Below the pieces are notes generated by a model that saw only the letters and a program-made list of their open reading frames with translations, was not told the DNA's origin and did not search any database. Source: an uncultured Actinomycetota bacterium (GTDB taxonomy: Bacteria > Actinomycetota > Actinomycetes > Mycobacteriales > Mycobacteriaceae). Taken from it: 64,000 nt of DNA. Position 1 is the stretch's first letter, and each line of letters begins with the position of its first letter. This document shows, piece after piece, positions 56,855 through 64,000 of this stretch. The position numbers and the translations under genes are program-made. The stretch lies in contig CAWDAC010000030.1 of NCBI GenBank assembly GCA_963800125.1, positions 98,736 to 162,735 on the forward strand, written 5' to 3'.

Positions 56855-57425
56855 CGTCGTATACCTGCGGTCGTACGACGATCGCAGTCGTAGCGACGAC
56901 GAGAGTGCGCGCAAAGTGATGGACGCGACCGTCGAATTGCTGCGGGAGGTCCCTTATTCCAGCGTCACCATGCGGTCGATCGCCAAACGCGCGGGCGTCG
57001 CGCATCGCGAAGTCCTCACCCACTTCCGGTCGAAGGACGCGATTGTCGCCGAGGTTTATCTGAAGCGGCTACGCGCCGCCCCGTTGATCCTCGACGTCGA
57101 GCAATCCGCCCAGGAGCGGATTGCCGCCCAGTTCTCACAATTGGTCATGTTGCTGGCGGACCAACCCGGTCTTACGGCCGCCTGCTCGAGCGCGCTGATC
57201 TGTGACGAGCCATCCATGCGCTCCATCCGGCAGCGGATCCACGCAGAATTGCACCGACGGGTGCGCACCACGCTGCGCTCAGGGGGATGGCCCGAGGTCG
57301 CCGAGACGCTCGAGTACGGGCTGATCGGCGCTTTGGTGAACGCAAGCTGCGGCGGCGACAGGTTCCGTCAGACGGCCGACGAGCTGGCCGGCGTGGTGTC
57401 CGTTGTGCTGCCCGACGGCCGCTAG
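56838..57425 (+). CDS. TetR-family regulator (second)
   Basis: VTMRSIAKRAGVAHREVLTHFRSKDAIV. Confidence 0.85.
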   Translation: MIQTADVVYLRSYDDRSRSDDESARKVMDATVELLREVPYSSVTMRSIAKRAGVAHREVLTHFRSKDAIVAEVYLKRLRAAPLILDVEQSAQERIAAQFSQLVMLLADQPGLTAACSSALICDEPSMRSIRQRIHAELHRRVRTTLRSGGWPEVAETLEYGLIGALVNASCGGDRFRQTADELAGVVSVVLPDGR

Positions 57426-57574
57426 GCGCGTCTCTCGCAAAAATCGAGCAGCCGATTACTCACCTCCGTCTAGGCGACGGGCGGACACTTAGTTCTCGGA
57501 CAAATCGATCCACGCTCGAGAAACGGGGGTCACGCCGATGCGCATCATCGTTAATATGGAGTGCTGTTGTGAGC

Positions 57575-58792
57575 ATGACTGACCCGGTCGTTTCTCGCGG
57601 CGCGGTGGAGTTCGATCCGTTTTCCGAGGATTTCTTCAACGCGCCCTTCGAGACGTACCGCCGCCTTCGCGATGAAGCACCGGTGTATCACAACGAGAAG
57701 TACGGCTTTTGGGCGCTGTCACGCTACGAGGACGTCGAGCCCGCGCTGAAGGACTTCGAGACCTACTCGTCGGCCAGGGGCATCACGCTCGACATGTACA
57801 AGGCCGAACCCGATCCGACACAGCCGCCGATGATCATCATGATGGACCCGCCCGATCACACCGTGATGCGCAAACTGGTCAACAAGGTGTTCACACCACG
57901 CGCGATCGCGGATCTTGAGGGGATGATTCGCCGGAAGATCACCGATGTCGCGGGCACTCTCGACGGCACGGCGTTCGATGTGGTCGCCGATTTCGGGGCG
58001 ATCTTCCCGGTCGAGATCATCTCCACGATGTTGGGCGTACCCGCTGAGGATCGACAACAGGTCCGGCTGTGGAGCGACAAGCAGCTGGAGCGTAGCCCTG
58101 GGGACTTCCATGTCCCGCCCGAAGGCGCCGAGGCCGCCGAGGCGATCAGCAGGTTCTACTACGAGCTGGTCTGCGAACGTCGGGCCAATCCGCAAGACGA
58201 CATGATCAGCAGACTTACCCAAGTCGACGTCATCCGTGGTGACGGTGTCGCGAAACTGACCGACCTCGAAATCGCCTCGTTCGCAATGATCCTCGGAGGC
58301 GCGGGTGCCGAGACGGTCGTGAAGCTCATCGGCAATGCCGCGGTCACCTTCGCCGCGAACCCCGACCAATGGCGGAAGGCTCCGCGAAGACAGGAGCAGG
58401 ATCCCCGGCGCGTTCGAGGAACTGCTCCGATATGAGGCGCCCTCGCAGTACCAGCTCCGATACAGCAAGCGTGACGTGGCATTGCACGGGGCAACCATTC
58501 CCGCCGGCAGCATCGTCATGCTGATCAACGGGTCGGCGACGCGCGACGAGCGAGCCTTCGCCGATGCCGATCGATTCGACATCGACCGGACACCGTCCGG
58601 GCACAATCTCAATTTCGGGTATGGCGTCCACAGCTGCCTCGGCGCCGCCCTCGCACGTATGGAGGGCCGGATCGCGCTCGATGTCATGCTCATTTGATGC
58701 CCGAATACAAGGTGGACACCGCCGGACTGCGGCGGGTCGCGATGGCGAACGTGGCGGGCTGGTCGAACGTGCCGATCCAGGTGATTCGCTGA
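57575..58792 (+). CDS. Cytochrome P450, frameshifts near 58378 and 58692
   Basis: MDPPDHT, LGGAGAET I-helix, EELLR, FGYGVHSCLG heme motif. Confidence 0.9.
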
Positions 58793-58814
58793 CGCCTGCA
58801 ACGGCCGACAGTGG

Positions 58815-59773
58815 TTAAACGCCCTGATAGACCTTGCGATAGCTCGACGGGGACATGCCCATCCCGCGGCGTAGGTGGTGTCGCAGATTTCCGCCGGATC
58901 CAAGCCCCGACAGCCGGGCGACCTCATCGATGGGTAGGTCGCGCGATTCGAGGAGTTCGCGGGCCCGGTCGACGCGTCGGCTTCGTATCCACGCTCCCGG
59001 CGACTGCCCGGTCTCTTCGCGGAACCGCCGATTGAACGTGCGCGCGCTCATCCTTCGCGTGCCGGGCCAGCCGCTGCACCGTCAGCTCCTCGTCCAGATG
59101 CCGCAGCGCCCACTCCCGCGTTCCCGCGGTCGAGTAGTGATCCGGAGTCGGTATCTGCCGATCGATGAACTGCGCCTGACCACCTTCACGCCACGGCGGC
59201 ACCACGCAGTACCGGGCAACGGCGTTGGCCACCTGCGCGCCGTGGTCACGTCGAATGATGTGTAGGCACAAGTCGATTCCGGCCGCGAGTCCCGCAGAAG
59301 TCAATACGTCGCCATCATCGACGAATAGCACGTTCTCATCGACCAGCACCTCGGGGTGCAGCCGGCGCATGGAGTCGGCGAACTTCCAGTGCGTGGTCGC
59401 GGGCCTTCCGTCGAGCATCCCGGCGGCTGCGAGCACGAACGCACCGGTGCAGATCGACACCAGCCGGGTGCCCGGGCGGATCAGCGCCAGCGCGGCGGAG
59501 GCCTCGCCGGGCAGCACGCCGTCGACGCGGGCGGGCGGGTATCGCGTGCCGGGGATCACCACGGTGTCGGCGGTCGGCCAGCGCCTCGGGGCCGGCGCTG
59601 GGCAGTACGTCGAAACCGGTCGTCGCCTCGACCGGGCCGCGCGTCAGTCCACACGTGACCACCTCGTAGAGCGCATTGCCGTCGACGTCGGTGGCGCTGG
59701 AAAACAGCGTCGGCGCGATCGCGGCATCGAACCCAACCACGGGCGGCAGCAGGAGGACGGCGACACGATGCAC
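58815..59773 (-). CDS. GlxA-type DJ-1/AraC regulator, +1 frameshifts near 59576 and 59052
   Basis: LVSICTGAFVLA, TSAGLAAGIDL, REGGQAQF, MSARTFNRRF. Confidence 0.88.
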
Positions 59774-59856
59774 GGTACCCAATCTGGCATGTTTTTGACG
59801 ATTGTTGTCATTCATGCCACTGGGCTCCGACGGGATCGATCCGCCACAGTGGATGG

Positions 59857-61144
59857 GTGACGCTCGCCGCCGCAGACAAACGCACGCCTATCAGCCGTAT
59901 GCACTGGGCCTGGGTGGTGGCCGCGGTCAGCTTCATCGCGATCCTCGGCGCGGCGGGTTTCCGCTCGGTTCCCGGCGTGATGATGGGCCCGCTGCACCAC
60001 GAGTTCGGCTGGTCGCACGGCATGGTCGGGCTGGCGATGTCGGTCAACATGACGTTGTTCGGCCTGACCGCCCCGTTCGCCGCGGCGTTGATGGACCGGT
60101 TCGGCGTGCGTCCGGTGCTCTCGGCGGCACTGATGCTCATCGCGGCGGGATCGGCGCTGAGCGTCTGCGATGACGGCCAGTTGGCAGCTCGTGCTGCTGT
60201 GGGGCGTGCTGGTCGGCGTCGGCACCGGCTCGATATCGATGGGCTTCGTCGCCACCGTGGCGACCCGCTGGTTCGATGCGCGACGCGGCCTGGTGACCGG
60301 CGTGCTGACCGCGGCGAGCGCGACGGGTCAGCTGATCTTCCTGCCGATCGTCGCCGAGGTCACCACCCGCCACGGCTGGCGCTGGGCGTCACTGATCGTC
60401 GCCGCCGCCGCGCTGGCTGTGGTGCCGCTGGTCGTGGTGTTCATGCGAAATTATCCGCAGGACAAGGGCTTAACGGCCTACGGCGCCTCCGGCACCGAGC
60501 CTGCCGAGCCCGCCGCGGTACCTGCCTCCAGCTTCCGCGCCGCGTTCGACGGGCTGCTGCTCGGCGCGAGGGTGCCTGCGTTCTGGCTCCTGGCCGCTAG
60601 CTTCGCGATCTGCGGCATGACGACCAACGGCCTGATCGGCACGCATTTCATCCCGGCGGCCAACGACCACGGCATGCCGACCACCGTCGCGGCGGGACTG
60701 CTGGCCACCATCGGCATCCTGGATGTCGCAGGCACCGTGTTCTCCGGCTGGCTAACCGACCGAGTCGATCCGCGGCTGCTGCTGGTCGTGTACTACACCG
60801 GGCGCGGCGTCTCGCTGCTGCTGTTGCCGTCGCTGCTTTCGCCGCAGGCCGAACCAAGCACCTGGGTGTTCGTCATCTTCTACGGGTTGGACTGGGTGGC
60901 CACCGTGCCGCCGACGATCGTGTTGTGCCGTAATTACTTCGGTACGAGCTCCCCCGTGGTATTCGGCTGGGTCTTCGCATCGCACCAAGTCGGTGCGGCG
61001 ATCGCCGCCGCAGGAGCGGGCAGGCTGCGCGATCTGCAGGGCAATTACGACCTCGCTTTCTACCTTGCCGCCGCCCTTTGCCTCGTCGCCGCCGTGCTCT
61101 GTGCGAATGTTCGCAAAGCGCAGGTCAGCACCCCCGCGACATAA
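59857..61144 (+). CDS. MFS transporter, frameshift near 60165
   Basis: AAGFRSVPG, LMDRFG, FAICGMTTNGLIGTHF, GWVFASHQVG; divergent from the GlxA regulator. Confidence 0.85.
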
Positions 61145-61223
61145 GTTTTCGCCGATCGTGACTTTGGCATCGACTCGTCAGTGCCCCTAACATGCCTAGC
61201 GACTGACGAGCTAGGAGCCGAAA

Positions 61224-61955
61224 GTGAAGACTCGCACCAGCAAGGCAATGGGCGCAGCGGCGGCATTCGCCGCGATCGTCGCATCGGTACCGCTGGCGAT
61301 CAACGCATACGCCGATCCGGAGCCGGCACCACAGCCCGTGGAGATCCCCGATCCGCAGGGAAACTGTGACCCGTTCAAGCAGGCGGTGCCGAACTGGAAG
61401 GCGCTGAACGACGTGCCGGTCAGCAAGGCGCTGGCCAGCATCCCGGACATCAGCACTTTCAACTCCGCGGTATCCGGCGGGCTGAATCCCGAGGCGAACA
61501 TCACCTCGGTGCTGGACAACGGGCCGTATGTGGTGTTCGCGCCGACCAACGAGGCGTTCGCCGCACTCGACCCCGGCCAGCTCGACGCCCTCAAGGCCGA
61601 TCCAGCCGCGCTGACCAAGCTGGACTACTACCACGTGTTCCTGGGTCTGCTGGGCCCCGAGGACGTGCACGGGCAGCGCCCGACCCAGGAGGGCGCCGAG
61701 ATCAAGGTCGACGGCAAGAACGGCGACATCAAGGTCAACGACACCGCCAAGTTGGTCTGCGGTGGGATCCAGGCCGAAAACGCGCGGATCTACATCATCG
61801 ACAAGGTGCTCGATCCTGCGTCTCCGCCCGAGCCGCTCGCGCCGACCGTCAGCGGCTCGTCGTCGACGACCACGACGACGACCACGACGTCGGCGCTGCC
61901 GGCTGAGCAGCCGAACGCCGAAGTGGTCCCGGGCGCCGAGGCGCCGACCGGATAG
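61224..61955 (+). CDS. Secreted fasciclin-domain protein (MPT70/83-like)
   Basis: Signal peptide, YVVFAPTNEAF, IYIIDKVL, Thr-rich tail. Confidence 0.88.
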   Translation: MKTRTSKAMGAAAAFAAIVASVPLAINAYADPEPAPQPVEIPDPQGNCDPFKQAVPNWKALNDVPVSKALASIPDISTFNSAVSGGLNPEANITSVLDNGPYVVFAPTNEAFAALDPGQLDALKADPAALTKLDYYHVFLGLLGPEDVHGQRPTQEGAEIKVDGKNGDIKVNDTAKLVCGGIQAENARIYIIDKVLDPASPPEPLAPTVSGSSSTTTTTTTTSALPAEQPNAEVVPGAEAPTG

Positions 61956-61958
61956 CGG

Positions 61959-62757
61959 CTAGCGCGCCTTCCAGACGGGCTGACGCTTCTCGGCGAACGC
62001 CAGCGGTCCCTCCTTGGCGTCCTCGGAACGAATCAGCGTCCCGATTTCGCGCATGGTCCTGTCCCAGCCGGGCTCGTCGCCGGTGATGACGCCGTCGTCG
62101 ACGCCCATGGCCACCCGCTTGCTTGCCCACACCGCCAGCGGCGCGTTGACGGTGATCCGTTCGGCGAGCGCCAGCGCCGCGTCCACCGCGGTGCCGTCCG
62201 GCACCACCTGGTTGATCAAACCCCACTTCAAGGCATCCGCCGATGACATCGGGTCACCGGTGAACATCAACTCCATCGCGACCTTGCGCGGAAGCTGCTC
62301 GGCGAGCCGGAACACGCCACCGGCCGCAGCGATCAGACCGCGCTTCACCTCGGGCAGCCCGAACGTGGCGCTCTGGCCCGCGACGACCAGATCACTGGCC
62401 AGGGCGAGTTCTGTTCCGCCACCCAGCGCGGTGCCGTTGACTGCCGCAATGGTCGGCTTGTCAATGAAGTGGCGCACGTAACCGGCGAAACCCCATTCGC
62501 TGTGGTCCGGGTGATAGATGTTCTCCCTGCGGGAGATCGCCTTCAGATCGGCTCCCGCGCAGAAGGATTTCACCTGCGCCGGTGATCACTACCGCCCGCA
62601 CCTCCGGATCGTCCTGCGCCTCCTGCAGCGCGTCGCCCACCGCGAGGCTGACCGCGCTGTTGACGGCGTTGCGGGCCTGGGGCCGGTTCAGCGTGATGAC
62701 GAGGACATTTCCCCGCCGCTCAGTGAGAGCAGCGGGGGTGGTCACGTCACTGGTCAC
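61959..62757 (-). CDS. Crotonase/enoyl-CoA hydratase (Rv1136-like), frameshift near 62575
   Basis: ITLNRPQARNAVN in one frame, FCAGADLK...ALGGGTEL...FGLPEVKRG in the next. Confidence 0.88.
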
Positions 62758-63899
62758 AGCAGCTCGATGATGGTGGCGTTGGCCTGGCCGCCGCCCTCGC
62801 ACATGGTCTGCAGGCCGTACTGAATTCCCTTGTCCCGCATGTGGTACAGCATGGTGGTCATGATGCGGGCACCGGATCCTCCGAGCGGATGCCCGAGCGC
62901 GATCGCACCGCCGTTGGGATTGAGCTTCTTCTCGTCGGCGCCGATGTCCTTCAGCCACGCCAATGGCACCGGGGCGAATGCCTCGTTGACCTCGAACACG
63001 CCGATGTCCTCGAGCTTCAGACCCGACTTCTTCAGCGCCTTCTGGGTGGCGGGGATCGGCGCGGTCAGCATGATGACCGGGTCGGCGCCGGCAAGCGTCG
63101 CGGTGTGCACCTTGGCGATCGGCTTGAGCCCCAACGACTTCGCCTTCTCCGCAGACATGAACAGCAGGGCGGCCGATCCGTCGGAGATCTGCGACGAGTT
63201 GCCCGCGTGGATCACGCCGTCCTCTTTGAACGCCGGCTTGAGCTGAGCCATCTTCTCGATGGTGGTGCCGCGGCGGATGCCCTCGTCCTTGAGCACGGGA
63301 TTTCCGTCCTGGTCCTTGATGGCCACGATCTGGTCGTCGAACGCACCGGAATCCTGTGCCGCGGCGGCCTTTTCGTGCGAAGCCAGCGAGAACTCGTCGA
63401 CCGCGGTGCGGTCGAATCCCCACTGCTCGGCGATCATCTCGGCGCCGATGCCCTGGTTCGGCGTCTGGCTGTAGCGATTGCGGAAAGCCTCGGGATACGG
63501 ATGTCCACCGTTGGCGAGCGAGGCGCCCATCGGCGTGCGCGACATCGACTCAACGCCGCCGGCGACCACGACGTCGTAGTGCCCGGCGACCACACCGGCG
63601 GCTGCGAAGTGGATGGACTGCTGACTCGATCCGCACTGGCGGTCCACGGTCACACCGGGGACGCTCTCAGGCCAACCCGCAGCCAACAGCGCGGTGCGGC
63701 CGATGTCGAGTGCCTGCTCGCCGGCCTGCATGACGCAGCCCCAGATGACGTCGTCGACGATGCCGGGGTCGATGCCGGTCCGCTCGGCGAGGCCGTTGAG
63801 AACCTGTGCGGACAGTTCGGCGGGGTGCACTCCCGACAGGCCGCCATTGCGCTTGCCGATCGGTGACCGCACCGCCTCGACGATTACGGCTTCAGCCAT
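62754..63899 (-). CDS. fadA: Acetyl-CoA C-acyltransferase (thiolase)
   Basis: VDRQCGSSQQ, NEAFA, GGAIALGHPLG, MCEGGG. Confidence 0.93.
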   Translation of the reverse strand: MAEAVIVEAVRSPIGKRNGGLSGVHPAELSAQVLNGLAERTGIDPGIVDDVIWGCVMQAGEQALDIGRTALLAAGWPESVPGVTVDRQCGSSQQSIHFAAAGVVAGHYDVVVAGGVESMSRTPMGASLANGGHPYPEAFRNRYSQTPNQGIGAEMIAEQWGFDRTAVDEFSLASHEKAAAAQDSGAFDDQIVAIKDQDGNPVLKDEGIRRGTTIEKMAQLKPAFKEDGVIHAGNSSQISDGSAALLFMSAEKAKSLGLKPIAKVHTATLAGADPVIMLTAPIPATQKALKKSGLKLEDIGVFEVNEAFAPVPLAWLKDIGADEKKLNPNGGAIALGHPLGGSGARIMTTMLYHMRDKGIQYGLQTMCEGGGQANATIIELL

Positions 63900-64000
63900 G
63901 ACACTTCTCCTTCGAAGTTTGGTTGGGTTGCGCGACTGGTCGCTTATTTTCGAACGTAGAGGACAAGGTTTACTAGGTCAACCTACTGGTTGGTAGATCA

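Overview
High-GC actinobacterial DNA, most likely a non-tuberculous Mycobacterium/Mycolicibacterium. The backbone follows the M. tuberculosis Rv1176c-Rv1135A gene order as I recall it: padR, fadH, fbiC, mshB, lpqW, typA, mutT2, phhB, pimE, Rv1158c/57c-like, HhH-GPD, F420 PPOX, omt, gntR, cobB, mmpL13, SDR, mcr, echA, CAAX protease, thiolase. Three accessory blocks stand out. (1) A ~7.5 kb tyrosine-integrase element (17050-24569) sits in the 5' end of phhB, bounded by 43-bp imperfect direct repeats; the right copy appears to supply a replacement leaderless promoter and start for phhB. It carries two excisionase-like modules, a 25 x 21-bp repeat and a chimeric acyltransferase. (2) A ~1.6 kb insert splits a nitronate monooxygenase-family gene. 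It holds a terminase-small-subunit-like fragment and a 30/31-bp copy of the palindrome found in element 1. (3) An operon encodes LuxE-like and LuxC-like proteins, an SDR, two TetR regulators and a P450, preceded by a perfect 16-bp palindrome and facing an orphan ECF sigma; no luxAB or luxD is in the window. About 20 genes are disrupted. Many lesions are +1 run extensions that may be sequencing errors, but several are large internal deletions. I found no rRNA, tRNA or CRISPR array. All assignments come from reading the sequence; no database search was run.
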